From NCBI GenBank assembly GCA_026387235.1, contig JAPLMD010000054.1:11437-75436 (forward strand): 64,000 nucleotides of DNA, given 5' to 3'. The first letter of the stretch is position 1. Every line of letters begins with the position of its first letter. This DNA comes from Candidatus Omnitrophota bacterium. GTDB lineage: Bacteria > Omnitrophota > Gorgyraeia > Gorgyraeales > Gorgyraeaceae. The notes under the pieces were generated by a model, which did no database searches, was not told the origin of the DNA, and saw only the letters and a list, made by a program, of their open reading frames with translations. The position numbers and the translations under genes are program-made. Positions 28,876-37,740 of this stretch are shown in pieces.

Positions 28876-30164
28876 CTTATCTTATCCTCTATAATATTTC
28901 CCGCTGCCACTTGCAATTGCCAGTACATGCGTTTTTTCTCATAAAACGCGTGCATGTAACTTCTACGCGTATTCCCGAAATTTTGAATCGCTGTCAATAC
29001 CTCAAGATTGGAGACAAGATTATTTTTATAATCATCTTTTTGCAAAGAATAATTCAATTCCGCAGACTCCAAGGCCTTTTCCATAGCCCTGGCCCTAAGT
29101 ATTGCCGAATAAGCTCTTACATAAGAATCATGAATATCTTGATCTGCCAGGCGTCTTGCGCGGCTATATTCTAATTCTGCCTCGCGGTATTTAGCATTGG
29201 CCTGTTTAATATTTCCATACGTAGTTGTTCCTTCAAAAATAGGCACGCTGACCTTAAGCACAGTAGACCAGTTAACATCCAGAGGACTTGTATTGCGCCT
29301 CTCGTAATAATCACCTTCTACTGTTACTGTTGGAAGCAAAGCTGTTTTTGCTATATAAGCCTCTTTTTTAGCTACGCCTGTTGCAAAATCATACGCCTTA
29401 ACATCTGATCTTAATTTAACATTAGCACTATAAAATGATTCAGATCCTAAAGAATCTGGAGTATCTTTTCTATCAAGCAGCGTTCCTGGATCCATGCCTA
29501 TAAGAAAAGTCAAAAGCTCCTTAGCGACAAGCTCCTGGCTTTTAACAAGCTGTATTTCTGCCTCAATATTATATAGCTGGGATTCTGTATTAACTACTTC
29601 GCTATGCCTGGATCTTCCGATTTGTTCTCTCTTCTTTAATTCACTTACTCTATCGTTTAATGCCTTACGAATCAAGCCCATGGTCTTTAAATCTTCTTGC
29701 TGTTCAAGCAACAGATAAAACGCATCAGCTACATCAACAAAAAGTAGCTCCTCTGCCCGTTTCTTTTCGTTAATGCGTTGTTTTTGTTCCATGGAGCTGC
29801 CTGCCATACCTGCAAACTCTTTAAAACCTGAAAAAAGAGTCTGCTTGAAAACAAACTTACTTTCAAAACTCCCGTTATGATTATAGGAGCTAAAAGCCCT
29901 TTCTGAGTCCAGATTAGTCTGTGTCCACACAAAAGAAACCTGAGGCAAAAGTGTTCCCAACGCCTGTGTAAAACGCGCCTCAGCTTCTCTGATAAGTTCT
30001 GAATTAATTGCAATTGTTTCGCTTTGTTTAAGGGCTAGAAGATAGCACTCAGCTAGCGTCAATTTGTCTGGTTTAATATTTCCTGCAACACTCTGCGAAG
30101 GCAGAAAACAAAGAATAGAGACTATTAAACTGCTTTCAGCGAATAATTTCATTATCTTTTTCAT
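28872..30164 (-). CDS. TolC-like outer membrane efflux protein
   Basis: Signal peptide, then a two-fold repeated helical/beta pattern typical of outer-membrane factors. Confidence 0.7.
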   Translation of the reverse strand: MKKIMKLFAESSLIVSILCFLPSQSVAGNIKPDKLTLAECYLLALKQSETIAINSELIREAEARFTQALGTLLPQVSFVWTQTNLDSERAFSSYNHNGSFESKFVFKQTLFSGFKEFAGMAGSSMEQKQRINEKKRAEELLFVDVADAFYLLLEQQEDLKTMGLIRKALNDRVSELKKREQIGRSRHSEVVNTESQLYNIEAEIQLVKSQELVAKELLTFLIGMDPGTLLDRKDTPDSLGSESFYSANVKLRSDVKAYDFATGVAKKEAYIAKTALLPTVTVEGDYYERRNTSPLDVNWSTVLKVSVPIFEGTTTYGNIKQANAKYREAELEYSRARRLADQDIHDSYVRAYSAILRARAMEKALESAELNYSLQKDDYKNNLVSNLEVLTAIQNFGNTRRSYMHAFYEKKRMYWQLQVAAGNIIEDKIR

Positions 30165-30607
30165 TTTACCCGCCCTGATAATACTTCTTCTATTTTTGTA
30201 AGAACTCTAAGGTAATCTGATCTGTCATGCTCTGAAACCTTGGCAAATATATCTATGATCATCTGCCTGCGCTGACAGTTAATCTTTTTTATAATATCGC
30301 TGCCTTTTGAAGTAATTTTGATTTTAATAACGCGCCTGTCCTTTGGCTCTAGTTCCCGAATAACATATCCATAGCTTACAAGCCTGCCTATTGTTCCTGT
30401 CATAGCAGCAGTGCTCACAGACATAAAATACGCCAGGTCACTCATCTTTGCTTCCCCGCTCTTTTCAAGAAAACCAAGTATCAAGAACTGGGGAAGCGTA
30501 ATCTTACCCTTGGACAGTTCATTTACCTGATATTTTGCAAATTCCTTTATCATAATAGGTATGATATTATTTATACGGTCAGCAAATTCTTGCATGGACA
30601 TCTTCAT
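30161..30607 (-). CDS. MarR-family transcriptional regulator
   Basis: Winged-helix region LPQFLILGFLEKSGEAKMSDLAYFMSVSTAAMTGTIGRLVSYGYV; 148 aa. Confidence 0.75.
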   Translation of the reverse strand: MKMSMQEFADRINNIIPIMIKEFAKYQVNELSKGKITLPQFLILGFLEKSGEAKMSDLAYFMSVSTAAMTGTIGRLVSYGYVIRELEPKDRRVIKIKITSKGSDIIKKINCQRRQMIIDIFAKVSEHDRSDYLRVLTKIEEVLSGRVK

Positions 30608-30620
30608 AATTAACCTCCTT

Positions 30621-30643
30621 GATAGTTAAGTATATTAACTATC
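30621..30643. promoter_or_regulatory. Perfect palindrome GATAGTTAA-gtata-TTAACTATC, candidate MarR operator
   Basis: 9-bp perfect inverted repeat 14-36 bp upstream of the marR start codon, in the marR/efflux promoter region. Confidence 0.55.
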
Positions 30644-30753
30644 AACTGCATTAAATATATCACATCTTTAAAGCGTCGTCAAGTCTCGATATATCTTTTA
30701 TTGATTTTCTTATAAGGCAGGAATCACTATAAAACTTTAAAAAATAACTTAAA

Positions 30754-31368
30754 TTATCTCTTCTGAAGAACCAATAATTCTTTTTCAGTATCTATTTTAA
30801 AAATAAAATTATCCAGAAATGACATACCGAGAAGGCCCTGGCTGTTTCCGATGTCGCCTGAATCAAGCACCACTGCCTGGACATTGTAAACCTTTGCCCC
30901 TCCTATCCTGACTTCCCTGATATTTACCTGCTTACCGCTCACGCTTCTTCCGTCCGCTACCTGGCACAGCACGTCCCGGCCTTTATTAGTGGATATGCCT
31001 AATTTTTTGGCAAGACCGCTGGATATCACAGTATCAGTAGATCCTGTATCAATAATTAAATTTGTGCTTACTTTTCTATTAAAAAGCGCATCTGCGGTTA
31101 AACTATTTCCTCTTTTGGTAAGTTTTACAGTATGCTTACCTGTGGCCATATTCACTACTGTCCTGACCCCTTTACCTGTAACTACAGCGGTCTTACCTAC
31201 AGCCTTGGCAGTTGTGCCTACAACTTTTCCTGTAACCTTAGCTGTTGTATAAACCACTTTACCTGCTGTCCCGATCGCAGAGCCTGTAACTTTTACGATA
31301 GAACAGCTATTTAAAAATATAACGCAAAAAATAACTGCTATAAATTTACACTGTCTGCAAAAAGTCAT
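30754..31368 (-). CDS. Retropepsin-like (clan AA) aspartic protease with N-terminal signal peptide and a K/T/G/V-rich repeat region
   Basis: Catalytic LIIDTGSTDTVIS (D-T/S-G) motif. N-terminal region has tandem TAKVTGKVVGT-like repeats. Confidence 0.6.
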   Translation of the reverse strand: MTFCRQCKFIAVIFCVIFLNSCSIVKVTGSAIGTAGKVVYTTAKVTGKVVGTTAKAVGKTAVVTGKGVRTVVNMATGKHTVKLTKRGNSLTADALFNRKVSTNLIIDTGSTDTVISSGLAKKLGISTNKGRDVLCQVADGRSVSGKQVNIREVRIGGAKVYNVQAVVLDSGDIGNSQGLLGMSFLDNFIFKIDTEKELLVLQKR

Positions 31369-31783
31369 AAGCTCTCCTTAATATATTTTTAAGGTTGTTG
31401 AATCTTATCAGCTCTTCCGCTTGGCTAAAATTTAAAAATCTATGACCTGTAATTTCCCTGCCATCTGCTATTATATCCTGATTACTTGTTTCGCACAAAA
31501 AATATATCGCGTGTTTTTCTATCCTTTGGCCTTTAAAAGGATGCCTCTTACTAATCGTATCATACGCAATTTCTTCTCTAAACCCATCTATAAAATGTAA
31601 ATTTTCCAAGCCTGTTTCTTCTTTTATCTCTCTTGCCGCAGCATCTTTTTCAGTCTCTCCGCGCTCCAGATGACCTTTTGGAAATCCCCAGATTTTATTT
31701 CTATTGCTGTAAACCGCAAGAAATAATATGGCATTATTTTCTTTTTTAAAAATTACAGCCCCTGCTGAAAATTCTTTATTCAT
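31346..31783 (-). CDS. NUDIX hydrolase
   Basis: Nudix box GFPKGHLERGETEKDAAAREIKEETG. Confidence 0.8.
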   Translation of the reverse strand: MNKEFSAGAVIFKKENNAILFLAVYSNRNKIWGFPKGHLERGETEKDAAAREIKEETGLENLHFIDGFREEIAYDTISKRHPFKGQRIEKHAIYFLCETSNQDIIADGREITGHRFLNFSQAEELIRFNNLKNILRRAYDFLQTV

Positions 31784-32139
31784 TCCGCTTTCCTGGTCGC
31801 TATTAAATTTACGCCTAACCTTAAGAAATCTTTAACAATAATATCGCCCGCATTTAAAGACTTTTTTACTTTTATCTTTTTAATTTCCTTCATCGCTTCA
31901 AATATCATGGATTTCGATATGGGTTTATCTGTCCTGACAGATAGCATCTTTAAACTTAAACCCTGGCATAGAACAGTTGAGGTTAATATCCTGACCGGGT
32001 TTTCAATTTCGGCCACGGCATACGATTCTCCCTTAGGACATTTATTGCCGGTAATTTTAATTACCTTAGAGTTTTCTGCATCAATAGTTAATCTGCATCC
32101 TTCGGGGCATTCTATGCATGTTAACTTTTTTGAAATCAT
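31780..32139 (-). CDS. DUF1667-domain protein (small Cys-rich partner of GlpA-like dehydrogenase systems)
   Basis: CIECPEGCRL ... NKCPKGESYA cysteine pattern. Conserved position downstream of the flavoprotein pair. Confidence 0.5.
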   Translation of the reverse strand: MISKKLTCIECPEGCRLTIDAENSKVIKITGNKCPKGESYAVAEIENPVRILTSTVLCQGLSLKMLSVRTDKPISKSMIFEAMKEIKKIKVKKSLNAGDIIVKDFLRLGVNLIATRKAE

Positions 32140-33080
32140 AAATTCCTTATATATTCCGCTGCGAGCTTACCTGTAAGCATGCTATCCTCAGTAGCAGAAT
32201 CTACCATATCATATATCTTGAAAGAATTGCCGCACACAAAAATTCCGGGCGCTGAAGTTCTATCGCCTTCTATACTGACCCCTGCCATCTCTATAAGCTC
32301 ATTTTCAGGAATAAGCCCAACGGACACCAGTATCGTATCGCATTTGATTTCAAATAAAGTTCCTGGAATTTCATTAAAATCATTATCTACTTTTACAACG
32401 CTTACTTTTTCTACCCTGTCTTTCCCGTAAATCCAGGAAATCTTATGATTAAAATAAACAGGTATATCAAAATCCTCTACGCATTGTACCATATTGCGCA
32501 AAAGCCCTCTGGACTCCTTTTGGATTTCAATAATGGCTTTTACTTTTGCTCCTTCCAGCGCAAATCTTCTGGCCATAATAAGGCCTATATCCCCTGAGCC
32601 GACAATCACGACTTCCCTGCCCGGCAAAAGGCCTTCTATGTTTATCAATTTTTGCGCCAGTCCAGCTGAGAAAACCCCGGCAGGCCTCGTGCCGGGTATA
32701 TGGATCATCTCTCTTGTCTTTTCCCTGCATCCGGTAGCCATAACTAGTGCCTTTGCTTTAATAGTTTCAAGTTTTCCGGGTTTTAGAAATGTAATGGTTT
32801 TGTCATTTGTCAATCGAACCGCTAGCGATTTTAAACTCACCTCTATATCTGGAATGCTTTTAACCTTTTCTATGAACCTGCCGGCATATTCAGGCCCTGT
32901 TAAAATCTCTTTAAAATAATTAATCCCAAAACCTGTATGCACGCACTGATTTAAAATTCCGCCTAGATACTGATCTCTCTCAATCAAGAGAATATCTTTT
33001 ACGCCGTTTTCATGCGCCGAGATTGCCGCAGCCATGCCGCTAGGCCCTCCTCCTACTATAACCAGATCTCTTTTAATCAT
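32136..33080 (-). CDS. FAD/NAD(P)-binding pyridine nucleotide-disulfide oxidoreductase-family protein
   Basis: LVIVGGGPSGMAAAISA dinucleotide fold and a second GXGXXG at VVIVGSGDIGLIMA. Confidence 0.7.
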   Translation of the reverse strand: MIKRDLVIVGGGPSGMAAAISAHENGVKDILLIERDQYLGGILNQCVHTGFGINYFKEILTGPEYAGRFIEKVKSIPDIEVSLKSLAVRLTNDKTITFLKPGKLETIKAKALVMATGCREKTREMIHIPGTRPAGVFSAGLAQKLINIEGLLPGREVVIVGSGDIGLIMARRFALEGAKVKAIIEIQKESRGLLRNMVQCVEDFDIPVYFNHKISWIYGKDRVEKVSVVKVDNDFNEIPGTLFEIKCDTILVSVGLIPENELIEMAGVSIEGDRTSAPGIFVCGNSFKIYDMVDSATEDSMLTGKLAAEYIRNL

Positions 33081-33083
33081 AAA

Positions 33084-34529
33084 TCAAACTCTTTCCCGTT
33101 CTGTGGAACGGTTTTCTTTTATTATTTCTGAACCTTTGCCTCTCTTTGTTATTTCAACTAAAGGTGTTTTGGTTTCTTCCGATAGAATTTTCATAATCCT
33201 TGTGGTGCAAAAACTGCCGTGGCATCTTCCTGCCTGGCTGCGCGTCCTGAACTTTATACCGTCCATTGTCCTTGCCCCGGCCTTTATGGCATCGCGTATC
33301 TCTTTAGCGGAAACCATCTCGCACCTGCACACGATATCCCCGTAAGAATGGTCTCTTTTAATAAGGTCTTTTGTTTTTGAAAGAGGTATTTCAAATAAAT
33401 GTATTGTCTTTTTACGATGAGAGCGGAATATAAATTTTCTTTTAAGGCCAAGCCCCGCTTTATTTAAAATATTGCAAACCATCAATGCTATCGCAGGGCT
33501 GGCTGTTAAGCCTGGGGATTGGATGCCTGCGACATTTATAAATCCATGGGTTTTAGTTTCATGCCTTATAATAAAATCGTTTCCGCTCCAAGGACGCAAG
33601 CCTGCGAAGTAAGCTATTATATCTTTTTCATCTACGGCAGGAATCAGGCGCCTGGCAGACATCAAGACCTTATTAAGCCCGGCTTCAGATGTGGACAGGT
33701 CTTCTTTATCTTCACCTTCTTCGGCTGTCGGCCCTATCATAGGATTCCCATCAGCAGTTTTTATTATCAAAACTCCTTTTGACGTTTTAGACGGCAATGG
33801 GAAAATCAGATGCTTTGCGAGATTTTCTTTTTTCTTATCAAGAATGAATTCTTCGCCTTTACGCGGTTTAATTTTAAAATCGCATATACCCAGCATGCCG
33901 GATATATCGTCCGCGAATAAACCTGCCGCATTTATAAGATATCTTGCTCTATACATGCCTCCGGAAGTGTCTATCTCAAAATATTTATCGGATCTAGCTA
34001 TGTTTACAGCCTTTGTTTCAGCATAAATCTCAACCCCGTTTCGAACAGCATTTTCTGCAAGGGCATATACCAGTCGGTAAGGACTTATAATCCCTGCTGT
34101 AGGCGCATAAAGGCCGCAAACCGCTTCGCTATTGAGATTCGGTTCGTGCTGCCTTAGCCAGGCCTTGTCTACTATCCTTAAACCAGGAACGCCTAGAATC
34201 TCAGCTTCTTCTTTAAGGCGCAAAAGCTCTTTTGTTTCTCCTTCGTTAAAACTGACTATCAACTCTCCTGCTTCTTTGAAATCCAGCCCTAATTCTTTTG
34301 AGATTTTTCTTATGAGAAAGTTTCCCTGCACGCATAATTTCCCTTTTAATGAATCCGGAGGATTTTGCGTTCCTGGATGAATTATTCCTGAATTTGATTT
34401 TGAAACGCCAAAGGCAAGCTCTTCTTCTTTTTCAAGAAGCGCGATATTTAATCTGTAGCGGGATAATTCCCTGGCAATCGAAGTCCCTATTACCCCTGCC
34501 CCGATTATAGCTACGTCATATAGTTTCAT
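33084..34529 (-). CDS. FAD-dependent glycerol-3-phosphate dehydrogenase-like oxidoreductase with C-terminal BFD-like [2Fe-2S] domain (anaerobic GlpA-like)
   Basis: N-terminal DVAIIGAGVIGTSIAREL. C-terminal CRCEMVSAKEIRDAI ... CHGSFC matches the BFD-like pattern. Confidence 0.7.
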   Translation of the reverse strand: MKLYDVAIIGAGVIGTSIARELSRYRLNIALLEKEEELAFGVSKSNSGIIHPGTQNPPDSLKGKLCVQGNFLIRKISKELGLDFKEAGELIVSFNEGETKELLRLKEEAEILGVPGLRIVDKAWLRQHEPNLNSEAVCGLYAPTAGIISPYRLVYALAENAVRNGVEIYAETKAVNIARSDKYFEIDTSGGMYRARYLINAAGLFADDISGMLGICDFKIKPRKGEEFILDKKKENLAKHLIFPLPSKTSKGVLIIKTADGNPMIGPTAEEGEDKEDLSTSEAGLNKVLMSARRLIPAVDEKDIIAYFAGLRPWSGNDFIIRHETKTHGFINVAGIQSPGLTASPAIALMVCNILNKAGLGLKRKFIFRSHRKKTIHLFEIPLSKTKDLIKRDHSYGDIVCRCEMVSAKEIRDAIKAGARTMDGIKFRTRSQAGRCHGSFCTTRIMKILSEETKTPLVEITKRGKGSEIIKENRSTERERV

Positions 34530-35937
34530 TTAGTCAACGTTCGTTTAACTGCATCAAGCCACTCCCTGTAATACTTTGAAGCTATTTCTTTTCTCATTTT
34601 AGGCCTAAAAACTCTGTCTTTTTCCCAGCATTTTTTTATTTCTTTCGAATCTTTCCAATACCCCGCAGCAAGGCCTGCCAGATACGCGGCTCCCAGGGAA
34701 GTGGTCTCTATCACTTTTGGCCTGACTACGTTTATTCCCTCTTTAAACCAGAATCCTTTTGCATAGCCAGGAGCACATCTTTAGTCTGATAACACATTGC
34801 CTCCAGCGCCGCCCTTACAATATGATTGCCGTTAGTCCCTCTTGTGATCCCAAAGATAGCGCCTGAGGCGTTCTGATCCCAGTAAGGCGCGCCAAGTCCT
34901 GTAAGGGCAGGCACAAAATAGACGCCCGCATTATCCTTGAGCGACGCTGCCATTTTTTCAGATTCACATCCGCATGTTAAAAGTTTCAGGCCGTCTCTGA
35001 TCCAGTGAATAGCCGCCCCTGCGATGAATACCGATCCTTCAAGCACATATACGGGTTCTCCGAAAAACCCGCATCCAATAGTAGTAATAAGTCCATGCAT
35101 TGAAACAACCTTTTTCCTGCCAGTATTTAACAAAATAAAACAACCTGTGCCGTATGTATTTTTCATGGTACCCGGCTCAAAACATGCCTGACCGAACAAA
35201 GCTGCCTGTTGGTCTCCGGCAATTCCTGATATCGGAATACCGGCCGGCAGTTTTCCTATTTTTATAGTGTCTCCAAAAATACCTGATGATTTTTTAACTT
35301 TTGGCAGAATTTGCTCCGGGATTCTGAGTTTAGCCAGGATATCTTTATCCCATTCCAATTTTTCAATATTGAAGAGCATCGTACGCGAGGCATTCGTATA
35401 ATCAGTAGCGTGAATTTTCCCGCCTGTTAGTTTCCATAAAATCCACGCATCAGTAGTGCCGAATAATAATTTTTCGCTTTGGGCTTTTTTAAAAGCGCCT
35501 TTTACATTTTTTAAAATCCACTCTATTTTAGTGGCTGAAAAATATGCATCTATTGGAAGGCCTGTTCTCTTTTTAAAGAATTCCCTCTCGCCTTTTATGG
35601 CTTTAAGCCGGTCACATCTGGAAGCCGTGCGTCTGCACTGCCACACGATAGCATTATAAACAGGCTTACCCGTATCTTTATCCCACAAAACAGTTGTCTC
35701 GCGTTGATTTGTAATGCCTATTGCCTGAATCTTATCTGCTGGAATTTTTTTAAGAACTTTCTGGATAGAATTATTAACGCTTTTCCATATTTCTTCCGGG
35801 TCATGCTCTACCCATCCCGGCTTTGGAAAATACTGCGGAAATTCTTCATACGCGCTTACTACTTTTCTGCCGCGCTTATCATAAATAATAGCCCTGCTTC
35901 CGGTAGTCCCCTGATCTATGGCTAAGATATATCTCAT
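34526..35937 (-). pseudogene. glpK: Glycerol kinase with internal ~65-bp deletion/frameshift (disrupted glpK)
   Basis: N-part MRYILAIDQGTTGSR ... EAMCYQTKDVLLAMQKDSGLKRE* ends at 34732. A second frame continues (FKEG)INVVRPKVIETTSLGAAYLAGLAAGYW to 34526. About 22 residues, including the conserved RVDGGA motif, are missing between the parts. Confidence 0.7.
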
Positions 35938-35939
35938 AA

Positions 35940-36239
35940 TCACTGCATCAACTGATAATAGTTTTTCAAAGAAGATACGCTGCTGATCAGCATTACACTT
36001 AAAAAATAAGTCAGGACAATGACAATAACGCTTACCCATATCTTTCTTTTAAGTGTAAAACGCGGATTAAGCCAGAAAAGAGGCAAGGCAAACGGCCCGA
36101 CGCATAGAAGCGCAGTCACGAAAGTAGCCATGCTGAAATACCATTTGGTTTTTTTCTGTTTATTCAGGACCTCTCCGCAATACCTGCACTTTACAGCTTC
36201 GTCTTGTATCTCTTCAGCGCAATAAGGACATTTTTTCAT
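35940..36239 (-). CDS. Zinc-ribbon membrane protein (~99 aa, hypothetical)
   Basis: [25 protein letters not shown] zinc ribbon followed by two TM helices. I take the start as the ATG at 36237-36239, downstream of the leader element and RBS GGGAGG, not the longer ORF in the track. Confidence 0.5.
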   Translation of the reverse strand: MKKCPYCAEEIQDEAVKCRYCGEVLNKQKKTKWYFSMATFVTALLCVGPFALPLFWLNPRFTLKRKIWVSVIVIVLTYFLSVMLISSVSSLKNYYQLMQ

Positions 36240-36244
36240 TTTCG

Positions 36245-36314
36245 CCTCCCAAATTTTGTGAAACAAAATTTGATCCCGAGTCGCCATAGTTTTTACCATC
36301 GGGCGGCGAGGGAC
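36245..36314 (-). promoter_or_regulatory. Conserved two-hairpin leader element, copy 3 (divergent promoter region, upstream of the zinc-ribbon/glpK operon)
   Basis: Minus strand: GTCCCTCGCCGC, AT-rich stretch, GGCGACTCGGGATCA, CAAATTTTG-tttca-CAAAATTTG, then GGGAGG and ATG. No upstream same-strand gene, so it must lie in a promoter or 5' UTR. Confidence 0.6.
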
Positions 36315-36376
36315 TTTTTTCTATTGTACTATATACATATTTTATATTAAAGCAAAATATGATATATTAAGTACTT

Positions 36377-37681
36377 ATGGAAATAAAAATTGAGAAAATA
36401 ATCTACCCTGGCAAAAGTCTTGGCTTAATCGAAAAACAAACCATCCTTACGGATGAAGGATTGCCCGGCGAAATAGTAGAGATAACCCCTCTTGAAGAAA
36501 AGAAAAATTATATTGAAGCAAAAACAATAAAAATAATAACCCCCTCCATTTCCAGGATAACACCGCGCTGCAGCCATTATCAGGCATGCGGAGCTTATCA
36601 GTATATGGACTATAAAACTCAGCTTACGATCAAAAAATCCCAGTTAAAAGAGATATTTACAGACACATCTATCAGCGTTACTCCTTCTTCCGAAACATGG
36701 GGATATAGGAATAAAATAAAATTAAGCATAATATGGGAAGATAAAAAAGCAAGTCTTGCATATCATGCTCCTGAATACAGGGACAAATTCATTCAGATAG
36801 GTTCATGTTGTTTAGTAAGCAAAAATGTTAATGAGTTTCTATCGTCATTTATGGAAATAGTAAATAAAGAGAATTTGACCTTTATCAAAGAAATTGAAAT
36901 AAGAGAAAGTTATTCTACAAAAGAACTGATGCTTACAATACACCCTTCCGGAAAATCTGAAAATGGAGCCCAACCGAGCTTAAGCCCGGAGTTCCTTGGG
37001 CGGAATACTGAGCGACCATTACCTATCTGCGGCCTAAAGACCGAAGTTTTGTGGCCGCGAATGTACAAACTGCACATATTATTTTCAAAATTCAACATGA
37101 AAAATAATTACATTGAAGAAACAATTTCAGGAAAAACTTTCAGAATAGGCCCTGATTCATTCTTCCAGATTAATGTTCCGATGCTTGAGGCGGTTCTGAA
37201 AGATATGCAAAAATCCACGAGCCCGGATAAAAAAGAAATAATAGCTGACCTATATTGCGGCATAGGCACGTTTGGAATATGTTTAAGCCAATATGCCAAA
37301 GAAGTCATCGGGGTAGAATCCGCTCCGGGCAACATCTCTTTTCTAAAAAGTAATCTGAAATTGAATAAAATTAAAAACTTCAGGCTTTACGAAGGCTCGT
37401 GCGAAAAATTATTCCCTTCGCTTATGACTAGCGGCATTGATACTTTGATACTTGATCCGCCGAGAAAAGGCCTGGATAACATGCTATGCCAAAATATCAT
37501 TCTCAGTTCAGTAAAAAAAATCATATATTTATCATGTAATCCAGCCACTCTCAGCCGCGATTTAAAAATAATGAGCGTTTCCCACGCTATCAAAACTCTT
37601 CACTTTTTTGACTTTTTTCCCCAAACACCTCACATCGAAACCCTGGCAATACTGGAAAAAAGACATTGTAAACCAATATGA
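36377..37681 (+). CDS. RumA/RlmD-family 23S rRNA (uracil-C5)-methyltransferase (TRAM, Fe-S and SAM-MTase domains)
   Basis: TRAM-like N-terminus, Cys cluster (CSHYQACGAY...SCC), MTase motifs DLYCGIGTFGI, SFFQIN, LILDPPRKG. Confidence 0.75.
   Translation: MEIKIEKIIYPGKSLGLIEKQTILTDEGLPGEIVEITPLEEKKNYIEAKTIKIITPSISRITPRCSHYQACGAYQYMDYKTQLTIKKSQLKEIFTDTSISVTPSSETWGYRNKIKLSIIWEDKKASLAYHAPEYRDKFIQIGSCCLVSKNVNEFLSSFMEIVNKENLTFIKEIEIRESYSTKELMLTIHPSGKSENGAQPSLSPEFLGRNTERPLPICGLKTEVLWPRMYKLHILFSKFNMKNNYIEETISGKTFRIGPDSFFQINVPMLEAVLKDMQKSTSPDKKEIIADLYCGIGTFGICLSQYAKEVIGVESAPGNISFLKSNLKLNKIKNFRLYEGSCEKLFPSLMTSGIDTLILDPPRKGLDNMLCQNIILSSVKKIIYLSCNPATLSRDLKIMSVSHAIKTLHFFDFFPQTPHIETLAILEKRHCKPI
36965..37016 (-). 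repeat. REP-like repeat copy B, lying in frame inside the RumA-like CDS
   Basis: Reverse complement ggtcgCTCAGTATTCCGCCCAAGgAACtCcGGGCTTAAGCtCGG matches copy A at 7958-8000. The 51 nt (17 codons) encode GAQPSLSPEFLGRNTER, between the Fe-S and MTase domains. Confidence 0.5.
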
Positions 37682-37690
37682 AAAATTAAG

Positions 37691-37718
37691 TTTACAATAT
37701 TGCCTATTTTTGTATAAT
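37691..37718 (+). promoter_or_regulatory. Sigma-70-like promoter: TTTACA, 16-bp spacer, TGtTATAAT (extended -10)
   Basis: Strong consensus match ~25 bp upstream of the TonB-dependent receptor start. Confidence 0.5.
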
Positions 37719-37740
37719 ATATCCGGAGTAAAAACACTTT

